Source: Solirubrobacteraceae bacterium (GTDB lineage Bacteria > Actinomycetota > Thermoleophilia > Solirubrobacterales > Solirubrobacteraceae). Taken from it: a stretch of 64,000 bases of DNA. Positions 38,127 to 47,482 of the stretch are shown here, in pieces; positions within the stretch are counted from its first letter, which is position 1; each line of letters begins with the position of its first letter. The notes beneath the pieces were generated by a model. It did not search any database. It worked only from the letters and a program-made list of their open reading frames with translations, and was not told the origin of the DNA. Location: contig DATAVP010000029.1 of the NCBI GenBank assembly GCA_036267655.1, forward strand, positions 32,151 through 96,150, read 5' to 3'. The translations under genes and the position numbers were made by a program.

Positions 38127-39548
38127 GTGAGCCCACTCGGTCCGTCAACCTCCGCGCTCGAGCTCGCAGCCGCCCTGCGCTCGCGCGAGCTGTCCGCCGT
38201 CGAGCTGCTCGACTCCTGCCTCGCCGCTGTCGACGCGCGCAACCCCGAGCTGAACGCGGTCACCTGGCGCAACGACGAGCAGGCGCGAGACGCGGCCGCC
38301 CAGGCCGACCGCCGCCTGGCCGACGGCGGCGACGCGGCACCGTTTCTCGGGGTTCCGCTGCCGATCAAGGACCTCACGCCGGTCGCGGGCTGGCCCGTCA
38401 CGTATGGATCCAACGGCGCACCCGAAGGCCCGAGCCAGGACTCCGAGCTGGTCGTGGACGCGCTCGTGCGGGCCGGGTTCGTCCTCTGCGGGCGTACGAA
38501 CACGCCCGAGTTCGGCGTCATCACCGCCGCGGAGAACAGCCGCTTCGGAATCAGCCGCAACCCCTGGGACACGGAGCGCTCGCCGGGCGGCTCGAGCGGC
38601 GGCGCAGCCGCCGCGGTCGCCGGTGGCATGTTCCCGATCGCCCACGCCAACGACGGCGGCGGCTCGATCCGCATCCCCGCCTCCTACTGCGGCCTGGTCG
38701 GGTTGAAGCCGAGCCGCGGGCGCGTGCCGCGCCTGGCGCAGAGCTGGCTGGGGGCAGTCGTCGAGGGCGTCGTCGCGCACACCGTCGCCGACTCCGCCGC
38801 GGTGCTCGACACGATCGCACGCGTCGATCCGCTCGCCTGGTACAACGCCCCCGTCCCGCAGCGCGCCTTCAGCGAGGAGGCCCGGGCAACACCCGCGAAG
38901 CTGCGCATCGGCCTGATGGCCCAGGCGCCGCTCGGCATCCCGACCGACGAGGGCTGCGTCGCGGGCGCCCGTGCGGCTGCGGCCGCGCTCGAAGCGCTCG
39001 GACACGAGGTGCAGGAGGTCGAGGTCCCGACGATCTCCGCCGAGATGATCCCCTCGTTCATCGTGCTCACGCAGGGTGGCCTGGCCGACTACGAGGGCGT
39101 CGACTGGTCCGCCACCGAGCCGCACATCGTTCACCAGCGCGCGCTCGCCGGCGACACCGGCGCCTACGACTACGTGCTGGCCGCACGCACTCTGGAGCTG
39201 CTCAGCCGACAGGAGGTCGCGCGCTGGGGCCGCGACTTCGACGTGCTGGTGACACCGACCTCGGCGATCCTGCCGCCCGCGGCGGGCTCGATCATGCAGG
39301 CCCAGCACGCCACGCCCGAGGCGCCGGTAGCCGACGTGGTCGCGAGCGTGTCGTTCACCGCCTTCGGCAACGTCACGGGGCTGCCCGCGGTCAGCCTGCC
39401 GCTGCACTGGACCGACGAGGGCGTGCCGGTCGGCGCGCAGCTCACGGGCGGGCCGTGGGACGAGGCGACGCTGATCCGCCTCTCGGCGCAGCTCGAGCAG
39501 GCGCTGCCATGGGCCGATCGACAGCCCACCCTGAACGGCGCGGCATAG
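38127..39548 (+). CDS. Amidase (amidase-signature family)
   Basis: PIKDL, GRTNTPEF, GGSSGG, DGGGSIRIPA; TAGGGT 7 nt before GTG 38127. Confidence 0.92.
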   Translation: MSPLGPSTSALELAAALRSRELSAVELLDSCLAAVDARNPELNAVTWRNDEQARDAAAQADRRLADGGDAAPFLGVPLPIKDLTPVAGWPVTYGSNGAPEGPSQDSELVVDALVRAGFVLCGRTNTPEFGVITAAENSRFGISRNPWDTERSPGGSSGGAAAAVAGGMFPIAHANDGGGSIRIPASYCGLVGLKPSRGRVPRLAQSWLGAVVEGVVAHTVADSAAVLDTIARVDPLAWYNAPVPQRAFSEEARATPAKLRIGLMAQAPLGIPTDEGCVAGARAAAAALEALGHEVQEVEVPTISAEMIPSFIVLTQGGLADYEGVDWSATEPHIVHQRALAGDTGAYDYVLAARTLELLSRQEVARWGRDFDVLVTPTSAILPPAAGSIMQAQHATPEAPVADVVASVSFTAFGNVTGLPAVSLPLHWTDEGVPVGAQLTGGPWDEATLIRLSAQLEQALPWADRQPTLNGAA

Positions 39549-39564
39549 ACGAGGAGCGCGAGCA

Positions 39565-40443
39565 GTGGCTTTTGAGCAGATCCTGACCGACCTGGACGAG
39601 GGCATCCTCACGATCACGCTGAACCGGCCCGAGCGGTTGAACGCCTGGACCGCGACGATGGGCCGCGAGCTGATCGAAGCCTTCGATCAGGCCGATGCGA
39701 ACGACGAGGTCCGCGCGATCATCCTCACCGGCGCCGGTCGCGGCTACTGCGCCGGAGCCGACCTCGGCAGCGGCGGCGAGACCTTCGACTATCGCGCACG
39801 CGAGGCCGAGGCTTCGCTGCTGTCCGCCACCGAGGGCGCCGTGCCCCGCGACAACGGCGGGCAGTTCACGCTGCGGATCTTTGCCTGCACCAAGCCGGTG
39901 ATCGGCGCGATCAACGGTCCTGCGGTCGGCGTCGGCGCGACGATGACGCTGCCGATGGACGTTCGCCTCGCCGCCGAGGATGCCCGCATGGGCTTCGTGT
40001 TCGCGCGGCGCGGGATCGTCCCCGAGGCATGCTCGAGCTGGTTCCTGCCGCGCGTGGTCGGCATCAGCCGCGCGATGGAGTGGGTCGCGACCGGGCGCGT
40101 CTTCCAGGCGCAGGAGGGCCTCGACGCGGGGTTGTTCCGCAGCCTGCACTCCGCCGATCAGCTGCTTCCCGCCGCGCGCGCTCTCGCGAAGGAGATCGCC
40201 GAGAACACCGCGCCCGTCTCGGTCGCGCTCGCGCGGCAGATGATGTGGCGAATGCTCGGCGCCGAGCATCCGATGCTCGCGCACCGCGCCGACTCGCGCG
40301 GGATGCTCGCACGCGGCCAGTCGGCCGACGCCGTCGAGGGGATCACCGCGTTCCTGGAGAAGCGCCCCGCACAATTCACCGACCGTGTCAGCGACGGGCT
40401 GCCCGAGATCATGCCCGGCTGGGTCGAGCCCGCCTTCGAATAG
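39565..40443 (+). CDS. Enoyl-CoA hydratase/isomerase
   Basis: LNRPERLNA, YCAGADL, KPVIGAINGPAVGVG. Confidence 0.92.
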   Translation: MAFEQILTDLDEGILTITLNRPERLNAWTATMGRELIEAFDQADANDEVRAIILTGAGRGYCAGADLGSGGETFDYRAREAEASLLSATEGAVPRDNGGQFTLRIFACTKPVIGAINGPAVGVGATMTLPMDVRLAAEDARMGFVFARRGIVPEACSSWFLPRVVGISRAMEWVATGRVFQAQEGLDAGLFRSLHSADQLLPAARALAKEIAENTAPVSVALARQMMWRMLGAEHPMLAHRADSRGMLARGQSADAVEGITAFLEKRPAQFTDRVSDGLPEIMPGWVEPAFE

Positions 40444-41350
40444 TCCGCCGGCCGGGCACCGGGCGCCGGGAGCTGGACGCCTGCCCGAAGATCGCGCCTC
40501 GCGGCACCAGGCGGCGCGGTACGCCGATGCCGTCGCACAGCTTCACGCACGGCTCATAGACTGGCCTGAAGCCGAGCAGCTGTGGGATCGTCACCACGCG
40601 ATAGCCGCGCTTGTGCAACGCCGCGATGATGCGGGGATAGGCTGCGAGCGTCTGTCCGCGCGGCCCGCCGCCGTCGTGGGAGATCAGGATCGAGCCCGGG
40701 CGCACCTGTGCCAGCACCCGTTGCACGATCGCCCCGGTTCCCGGCTGGGTGTAGTCGCTCGGATCGACGTCCCAGCCCACGGTCGCGAGCCCCAGCGAGG
40801 AGGCGATGTGGATCACCGAGGCGTTCGTGTCGCCATAGGGCGGGCGGAACACGCAGGGGGTGTAGCCCGTCTGCACGCGGATCGCCGCCAACGTTTTCTC
40901 GAGCTGCCCGCGAGGGTCGCTCGTGCGCGTCATGTCGGGGTGCGTGTAGGTGTGATCGCCCAGCACGTCGCCCGCGCGCAGCTCGTGCAACATCGTTTCG
41001 CGGTAGGTCGAGGTGATCTGACGGCCGATCATGAAGAAGGTCGCCGTCGCGTGGCTGCGTTCGAGCATCCGCACGAATGCCGGCGTGTCGGGATAGGGGC
41101 CGTCGTCGAAGCCGATCGCCACCTCGCGCCGCGCCGGTCCGTTGCGGTAGGCGATGTCGCCATGGCTGCGACAGCCCACGATCCGGTAGAGCCGACCCGC
41201 CGTCTTCGGCGAGGAGCCCACGACCGGGGCGACCAACGCCAGGGAATTGTGGACCTGCCCGGCCGAGCCGAGCGCCGTCTGACCCGAGCCGCACGCCGCG
41301 AGGGCGCTCGCGACGAGCAGCATCGCGGCCGTTGAGAGCACCGAGCGCAC
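40409..41350 (-). CDS. Polysaccharide deacetylase lipoprotein (NodB/CE4)
   Basis: Lipobox LAAC, FDDGP, HTYTH, FRPPYG, SHDG. Confidence 0.88.
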   Translation of the reverse strand: MRSVLSTAAMLLVASALAACGSGQTALGSAGQVHNSLALVAPVVGSSPKTAGRLYRIVGCRSHGDIAYRNGPARREVAIGFDDGPYPDTPAFVRMLERSHATATFFMIGRQITSTYRETMLHELRAGDVLGDHTYTHPDMTRTSDPRGQLEKTLAAIRVQTGYTPCVFRPPYGDTNASVIHIASSLGLATVGWDVDPSDYTQPGTGAIVQRVLAQVRPGSILISHDGGGPRGQTLAAYPRIIAALHKRGYRVVTIPQLLGFRPVYEPCVKLCDGIGVPRRLVPRGAIFGQASSSRRPVPGRRTIRRRARPSRA

Positions 41351-41450
41351 GGCTGCACCTTACGAGGTCGATCCCGTCCGCGAGGTCAGCTGCAGACGAG
41401 CGTTTGGGGTACCCCCGAGGGAGCTCCGACACCATGCCCGACCACGGCCC

Positions 41451-42491
41451 TCAGCCCAGAACCAGCTCCGCGATCGTGCGTAGCGAGGCCGCGTCGGCCG
41501 AAACCAGCAGCGTCGTCACGATCGACTCGCGCCACTTCTCCAGATCGTCGCGGATCTTCTCGGGCGGACCCACCAGCGAGAGCTCCTCGATCAGCTCGCG
41601 CGGGATCTTCGCCCCGGCCTCGTCCTTCTTGCCGCTCAGGTACAGCTCCTGGATCTCCTCGACCTCGCGCTCGTAGCCCATGCGGATCGCGACGTTCGCG
41701 TGGAAGTTCGTGCCTTTCGCGCCCATGCCGCCGAAATACAGCGCGTAGAAGGGCCGCAGCGCGTCGATCGACGCATCGACGTCGTCGGAGACCACGAACG
41801 GCACCGTCGCGCAGACCTCGAACTCATCCGGCGTGCGCCGCGCGCCGTCGCGCGCGAAGCCTTCCGCCAGCGCCGCCTTGTTCGCGTCCTGGTGGGTCGG
41901 CGAGAACAGCATCGCCAGCCAGCCGTCGCACAGCTCGGCGCAGAGCGCCACGTTCTTCGGCCCCTCGGCGCCCAGATAGATCGGGATCTCCTCGCGCAAC
42001 GGGTGGATCGAGGACTTCAGCGGCTTCGCCAGGCCGGTGCCGCCCGGCAGCGGCAGCCGATAGTGCTCGCCGTCCGCCGTCACCGGTCCCTTGCGCGCCC
42101 AGATGTCGCGCAGGATTCCGATGTACTCGCGCGTCCGCGCCAGCGGCTTCGCGAACGGCATCCCGTACCAGCCCTCCACCACCTGCGGCCCCGAAACACC
42201 CAGGCCCAGGATGAAGCGCCCGCCCGAGAGGTGGTCCATCGTCATCGCCGCCATCGCCGTCGCCGCCGGTTGGCGCGCCGACATCTGCACGATCGCCGTG
42301 CCCAGCTTCAGCCGCTGCGTCGAGGCGCCCCACCAGGCCAGCGGCGTCAGGCAGTCCGAGCCGTAGGCCTCGGCCGTCCAGATCGAGTCGACCCCCAGGC
42401 TCTCGGCCTCGGCGATCGCCTCCGCCGCGCCCGGCGGCGGACCGCCCGCCCAGTAGCCCGTGTTCAGTCCCAGCTTCAGCTCGCCGGCCAT
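41451..42491 (-). CDS. LLM-class F420-dependent oxidoreductase
   Basis: WTAEAYGSD, LSGGRFILGLGVSGPQVVEGW, GAEGPKN. Confidence 0.9.
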   Translation of the reverse strand: MAGELKLGLNTGYWAGGPPPGAAEAIAEAESLGVDSIWTAEAYGSDCLTPLAWWGASTQRLKLGTAIVQMSARQPAATAMAAMTMDHLSGGRFILGLGVSGPQVVEGWYGMPFAKPLARTREYIGILRDIWARKGPVTADGEHYRLPLPGGTGLAKPLKSSIHPLREEIPIYLGAEGPKNVALCAELCDGWLAMLFSPTHQDANKAALAEGFARDGARRTPDEFEVCATVPFVVSDDVDASIDALRPFYALYFGGMGAKGTNFHANVAIRMGYEREVEEIQELYLSGKKDEAGAKIPRELIEELSLVGPPEKIRDDLEKWRESIVTTLLVSADAASLRTIAELVLG

Positions 42492-42531
42492 GTGATCGAT
42501 CCCCCCAAAACCTGTTGGACGTAGGGCAACC

Positions 42532-43842
42532 CTATTGGATTCGCTGCGCCACGCAGCTCGCCTGCCCCGGGCTCGGCGCGGGCGTGTCGAGCACCACGAG
42601 CTGCTCCTCCGCCGCCTGACCCTCCGCCCCCAGGCGCTCGCGCTGCGACAGCCGCGACTGCGACTCCGGGTCCTGCAGGCGATGGGAGAGTCCCAGCGCC
42701 AGAAGCGCCAGCACGATCAGCGCCACGCCGTAGACGTCGGCCGTCTCGTGCAGGCCATAGCGCGTCACCGCGATCCCGGCCGCCAGCGCGGGCAGGCTGT
42801 ACGCGAGGTAGGAGGCCACGTACACCGAGGCCACCAGCTCGGCGCGCTGGTCGATCGGCGCGCGGTTCGTGATCGCGCGAAACGCCCCCGCGAACGCCGG
42901 GCCGAAGCCGAGGCCCGCGACGCCGATCGCCGCCAGGAACAGCGCCGTCGAACCAACGTGCAACGCCAGCAGCACCAGCGCCAAGCCCACGATCAGCGCG
43001 CTCAGCCCACCCCGCGCGGCCAGGCGCGCGTGCGTGTCGCGCAGCACGATCGAGGTCGCCGAGCTGACTCCCGCCATGATGAAGATCGACAGGCCGCCCG
43101 CGACGTGACTCGGGTCGTGCAGCACCTTCGCCGTCAGCGACGGCCCCAGCGACAGGATCAGGCCTCCCAGCGCCCAGGTCGCCGTCAGGCACGGGACCGT
43201 GGCGAAGAAGTCAGCCCGCAGCGAAGCCGGGACGCCGACCGTCGGGCGCAGCGAGCGCGCCCACGTCGGGCGACGCTCGATCGTCTCCGGAATCGCCCAG
43301 GCGCCCACCGCCGCGAGCACGAAGGCGCCCAGCAGCAGCCAGTAGACCAGGCGTGTCGGCTCCGGCCCGTATTCCACCAACAGCCCGCTCCCCAGCGCGC
43401 CCGCCGCCAGGCCCGTCATCGGCGCCGAAGCCGCCAGCAGCGCGCCGAGCCGCTGGCGGTGCGGCGGCTGCAGGTCGATCAGCGCCGCGCTGATCGCCGC
43501 CGTCGCGATGCCCGTCGCCACGCCCTGCAGGAGGCGCGCAGCGAACAGCCACACAACGCTGCGCGCCTCCGCGAACAGGAGCATCCCCACGACCTCCAGC
43601 GCCAGCGCCAGCAGCAGCGTCGGGCGACGGCCGAGGTGATCCGACAGCGAGCCCGCCACGATCAACGCCGCCAACGGGCCCAGCGCGTAGACCGCGAACA
43701 CGCCCGTCAGCACGATCGCCGAGAAGCCCCATTTGTCCTGGTAGACGATGTACAGCGGCGAAGGGGCGCTCGACGCGAACAGGAACATTCCCAGCGTCGC
43801 GGCCAGCAGCCAGAAGGCCGGTGCTCTGCCGAGTCTCGTCAT
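42532..43842 (-). CDS. MFS transporter
   Basis: GSLSDHLGRR motif A; about 12 hydrophobic segments. Confidence 0.9.
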   Translation of the reverse strand: MTRLGRAPAFWLLAATLGMFLFASSAPSPLYIVYQDKWGFSAIVLTGVFAVYALGPLAALIVAGSLSDHLGRRPTLLLALALEVVGMLLFAEARSVVWLFAARLLQGVATGIATAAISAALIDLQPPHRQRLGALLAASAPMTGLAAGALGSGLLVEYGPEPTRLVYWLLLGAFVLAAVGAWAIPETIERRPTWARSLRPTVGVPASLRADFFATVPCLTATWALGGLILSLGPSLTAKVLHDPSHVAGGLSIFIMAGVSSATSIVLRDTHARLAARGGLSALIVGLALVLLALHVGSTALFLAAIGVAGLGFGPAFAGAFRAITNRAPIDQRAELVASVYVASYLAYSLPALAAGIAVTRYGLHETADVYGVALIVLALLALGLSHRLQDPESQSRLSQRERLGAEGQAAEEQLVVLDTPAPSPGQASCVAQRIQ

Positions 43843-43930
43843 AGCTGCTTAACGACGAAGGCCGTCGCTTTGTTTGGACACAAGGGTCGAACCTCCACTG
43901 CATCGGGGCCGCGCCACTACTCTGGACCGC

Positions 43931-44389
43931 GTGCCCTACACGACCTCTGACGCACAACAGGGACTGCTCGACACCGTAGCGGTCGCGATCGAGCAGCTCG
44001 GCGTCGCGCTCGCCGCCCTCGGCGAGGCTTACGAGCAGCTCGACGAACAGAGCGGCGACCGGCTCGAACGGGACCTGTTTCGTCCGGTGCAGGCCGCCTA
44101 CGGCCGCGTCCTGCGTACCTACAACGCCTTCGCCGAGCGCCACGAGCTCAGCGCGCGCATGTTCGCGCCGGCCGCTGCCGCCGCGCCCGCGACCGGGGTC
44201 CGCGGGCTGATCGACGCCGCCACGCAGGCCGCGCTCGACGCCGACACCACGCTCTCCGAGCTGCAGGACTCGCTCGCGCCCGTCGAGGTCGGCGACGCCG
44301 AGCTGCGCGACGGCCTGCGCGAGGTGCGCGAGCTGCTCTCACCGCTTGCCGCCCGCTCGCGCGAGTTCGTGCGCACGCTCGGCCGCTAG
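43931..44389 (+). CDS. Hypothetical helical protein
   Basis: TACTCT 7 nt before GTG 43931; ...LQDSLAPVEVGDAELRDGL... Confidence 0.7.
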   Translation: MPYTTSDAQQGLLDTVAVAIEQLGVALAALGEAYEQLDEQSGDRLERDLFRPVQAAYGRVLRTYNAFAERHELSARMFAPAAAAAPATGVRGLIDAATQAALDADTTLSELQDSLAPVEVGDAELRDGLREVRELLSPLAARSREFVRTLGR

Positions 44390-45258
44390 CGTCGCGCCGC
44401 GCCCTCCGCCGGCGCGATCAGCACGCCGACGTGGCGCAGCAGCCGCGCGAACACGCCCTGCAGCGTCAGCTTCGCGTAAGCGTGGCTCGGGCTGTCGGTG
44501 ATCAGCACCGCCAGCGACACGCGCGTCGCGCCGTGGCGCAGCAGCACCACCTGATGCTCGACTTCGCCCGTGCCCGCCCCCCAGCCGCCCTTGAAGTAGA
44601 GCTGCCAGCCCGGCAGGCGCAGTCGGCCGATGCCCCAGCGCTGGCTCGGGGTCACGCTCGCCAGCAGGTGCATCGCCTCCGCGCGGTGGCGCGCCACGAC
44701 GTGGCTGTCGATGTGCAGGAAGAAGCGCGCCTGGTCTTCCGCGTCGATACGGCTGAGGCCCCAGATCTCGGGGTCCAGCACGAAGCGGCGCATGTCCGCC
44801 CGCGCCGCCACGCCGTAGACGCCGCGGGCACCCACGAACTGCAGCACGCGCGTCGCCGCTTCGTTGTCCGAGCGCTCGATCATCGGATCGATCAGGCGAT
44901 GGTCCGCCGCTCCAAGCGCACGGTCGCGGACGCGTGGATCGTCGAGGTAGGCCACCAGCAGCATCGCCTTCAGCACGCTCGCCGAGGGCACCGTGCGCGT
45001 CGCCCGCCGGCCCCATTCGCGATGCGCCGTGCGCACCGCGAAGCTGACCGTCCCCGCCCGCGTGTGCGCGTAGGCGATCGCGCCCCGCACGTCCGGCTGC
45101 CAGGAGGCCGCACGCGCCGAGCACGCGAACGCCGCCACGAGACATCCGCACACGAGCAGCGCCGAGACCACGCGGCTCGCGCTGTGGCCGTGACTGAAGC
45201 CGCGGGAACCGGCGCGCCGCCGCCGCCGCTCAGCGCTTGATCGCGAGGACTTCCGCAC
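44386..45258 (-). CDS. Secreted class A beta-lactamase-like serine hydrolase (true start probably about 45170)
   Basis: SVLK (SxxK), SDN and KGG motifs; hydrophobic signal segment. Confidence 0.8.
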   Translation of the reverse strand: MRKSSRSSAERRRRRAGSRGFSHGHSASRVVSALLVCGCLVAAFACSARAASWQPDVRGAIAYAHTRAGTVSFAVRTAHREWGRRATRTVPSASVLKAMLLVAYLDDPRVRDRALGAADHRLIDPMIERSDNEAATRVLQFVGARGVYGVAARADMRRFVLDPEIWGLSRIDAEDQARFFLHIDSHVVARHRAEAMHLLASVTPSQRWGIGRLRLPGWQLYFKGGWGAGTGEVEHQVVLLRHGATRVSLAVLITDSPSHAYAKLTLQGVFARLLRHVGVLIAPAEGAARR

Positions 45259-46852
45259 TGTCCGCCGCCGAGCCGAGTCTGGTCACATACGCGCTCGACG
45301 GGCCAAGCGCCGTCGCTCCGAGCGCCGTCGCTCCACCGCGGCCCGTGCCCCGGTTGCGACAGCCGCTCGCGCTGTTGTCGGCATGCGTGTAGCCCGGCTG
45401 GAAGCCCGCGTCGCGCGAGACGGTCGAGGGCAGGCTCAGCAGCACCCTCCCCCGGCCGCCGCCTGCGCCGCGAGCCGCCCCGTGCGCCTGGAGCGCCGCG
45501 CGCGCCGCGCCGCTCCCGGCCGCCGCGGCCAAGCCCGCCGGCGACAGGGTCCGCAGCTGTTGCACGCAGCGCGTCGTGCGCTCGAACAGCAGCGTGCCGC
45601 CCAGCAGCGAGGGGTTGAAGAACGCCGCGTAGCGGCCGGCCGCTCGCAGCGTCCGCCGTCGTCCGCTCGTCAGGTCCACCAGCTCGATCGCGCTGCGCCG
45701 TGGCGTATCGCGGGCGAACACCACGCGCGAGCCATCCAGCGATGGGCGGCCGATCTGCGCCGCCAGGCGCGAGCCCGCCACGTAGCGGCGCTCGGCCGGG
45801 TTCGTCAGCGAGACCGCGATCAGGTGTTCGGCCCCGTCGGCCTCCTGGTCGCGATAGACCAGCCAGCCGTCGGAGACCGCCAGCGCGTTCACACCGCTCG
45901 CCGCCAGCACCAGCCTCGGCTGAAGCGTCGCCACCGTCGCCACCGTGACCTGTGTCGCGCTCGCCCAAGCGATCGTCGCGCCGCCGAGCGCCGGGTGCGA
46001 GCCGGGGAGCGCCAGTGGCGCCGCGCCGCCCAGCGAAAGGAGTCCACCCGCCCCCGGCTGCTGCCACGCCAGCGCCGTGCCCGCGACCGACGGGTCGGTC
46101 GCCTGCGCGATCCGTGCCGCCGAGGCGCGCGCCCGCGACAGGGACGCGCTCATACGAGCGGGGATCGTTGCCGCCGAGGCGCTCACGCCCGCAAGCGCCA
46201 GCGCGCACAAGCCCAGGCCGAGCGCGTCCAGGCGGCGCAGGCCCAGCCACAGGCGCGGCTCCAGCGACATCCCCTCCAAGCGTCGCGCGCCCACATCGCG
46301 GCGCAGGCCCGGCGCCATCCACAGCACCGGCAGCGCACGCCCCGCCCCGAACGCCACGCCCACCAGCACGCCCAGCAGCGGGTCGCCCGAGGCGAAGCTG
46401 ATCCCCGCCAGCGCCCACACCGCGAAGGCCAGCACGAAGGTCGTGAAGCCGAGCCCCAACAGCACGCCGTAGAGCGCGCAGACCAGCGGCAGCGGCAGCG
46501 TCCAGCGCCAGCTCTCCGGCACCTGGCGGCGGATCTGCGGCGCGATCCGCACGCCGCGCCAGTCCGCGATCGCCGCCGCCAGCGCGAGCGCCGCGCCGAG
46601 CCCCTCGCGCAGCCCCGTCACGTCGCCGCCGACCAGCGAGCCGAGCAGCGCCAGGCTGCCGAACGTCAGCGCACCGCCCAGCAACGTCCCCAGCGCGAAC
46701 GTCGCGCTCGCCGCCAGCGTCGCGCCGCGGCGCGCGTCGCCGAGCGCACTGCCGATCGTGTCGACCATCGAGAAGCCGCACGGCGACCAGGCGCCCGTGA
46801 CGCCCGCCACCACCGCCGTCAGCGCCGCCGCCACCGCCAGGCCGCTCAGCAC
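45230..46852 (-). CDS. MauF-like membrane protein fused to a C-terminal beta-propeller-like domain
   Basis: WSPCGFSM and QIRRQVP...YGVLLGLGFTT in the TM half; repeats DPSVAG..LAW, HPALGG..IAW, RPSLDG..VVF and NPSLLG..LLF in the soluble half. Confidence 0.7.
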   Translation of the reverse strand: MLSGLAVAAALTAVVAGVTGAWSPCGFSMVDTIGSALGDARRGATLAASATFALGTLLGGALTFGSLALLGSLVGGDVTGLREGLGAALALAAAIADWRGVRIAPQIRRQVPESWRWTLPLPLVCALYGVLLGLGFTTFVLAFAVWALAGISFASGDPLLGVLVGVAFGAGRALPVLWMAPGLRRDVGARRLEGMSLEPRLWLGLRRLDALGLGLCALALAGVSASAATIPARMSASLSRARASAARIAQATDPSVAGTALAWQQPGAGGLLSLGGAAPLALPGSHPALGGATIAWASATQVTVATVATLQPRLVLAASGVNALAVSDGWLVYRDQEADGAEHLIAVSLTNPAERRYVAGSRLAAQIGRPSLDGSRVVFARDTPRRSAIELVDLTSGRRRTLRAAGRYAAFFNPSLLGGTLLFERTTRCVQQLRTLSPAGLAAAAGSGAARAALQAHGAARGAGGGRGRVLLSLPSTVSRDAGFQPGYTHADNSASGCRNRGTGRGGATALGATALGPSSAYVTRLGSAADSAEVLAIKR

Positions 46853-47442
46853 GGCATCATCGTTTCGTAGTACTGCACGCAGAACACGTTGCGGCCCCCG
46901 TAGCAGTAGCCCACCAGCGCCGCGTCGCCGTTCACGCGCTTGTCCGTGTAGCCGCAGCAGTCCATCAGCCGCCGCACGCGCCCGCCGCAGCAGCGATACC
47001 AGGAGCCGTCGGTCTGCAGCGCCAGCCCGTTCGCCTTGCCCGCCGCCGGGCAGACCTTCGAGCGCGGCGCCGGCGCCAGCGGCTCGCCGTTCGGATCGCG
47101 CAGGCGCCGGCCTTGGGCGTCGACCGGATAGCCCTCGGCGTCGATCGGCCTGCCGAGGTCGTCGACCGGATGACCGTCCGAGGCGCGCAGCGGGTAGTCG
47201 TGGCGATCGATGCGCGGCAGGCCCGTCGGGTGCGGGCAGTTGCCCGTCGTGTAGGTGTGCCCGCAGAAGTTCGTGTAGGCGTCCGCTTCATCCGGCAGCA
47301 CGCCCTGCGCCACCGCGCGGCCGCCCGCCAGCGCGATCACCGCGGCGCCCGCCCACTCCAGGAAGCCGCGGCGGCTGCTGCTGCGCAGCACCGCATCCGA
47401 GAAGCTTCCCGCCTCCGCCTCCGGAGCGGCGTCGCGAGCCAT
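46846..47442 (-). CDS. Tat-exported Cys-rich MauA (amine dehydrogenase light chain)-like protein
   Basis: SRRGFL Tat motif, 10 Cys, GSWYRCC, DCCG, GYCYG..FC; GGAGG RBS before ATG 47442. Confidence 0.7.
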   Translation of the reverse strand: MARDAAPEAEAGSFSDAVLRSSSRRGFLEWAGAAVIALAGGRAVAQGVLPDEADAYTNFCGHTYTTGNCPHPTGLPRIDRHDYPLRASDGHPVDDLGRPIDAEGYPVDAQGRRLRDPNGEPLAPAPRSKVCPAAGKANGLALQTDGSWYRCCGGRVRRLMDCCGYTDKRVNGDAALVGYCYGGRNVFCVQYYETMMPC

Positions 47443-47482
47443 GGCGCGCGCCTCCTGCGCCGCCTGCGGCTCGGCTTCGGGA

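Noticed and set aside
44386-45258. Calling the serine hydrolase a true beta-lactam resistance gene
   Set aside because: SxxK, SDN and KGG are present, but no clear omega-loop ExxLN motif, so beta-lactamase activity is unsupported.
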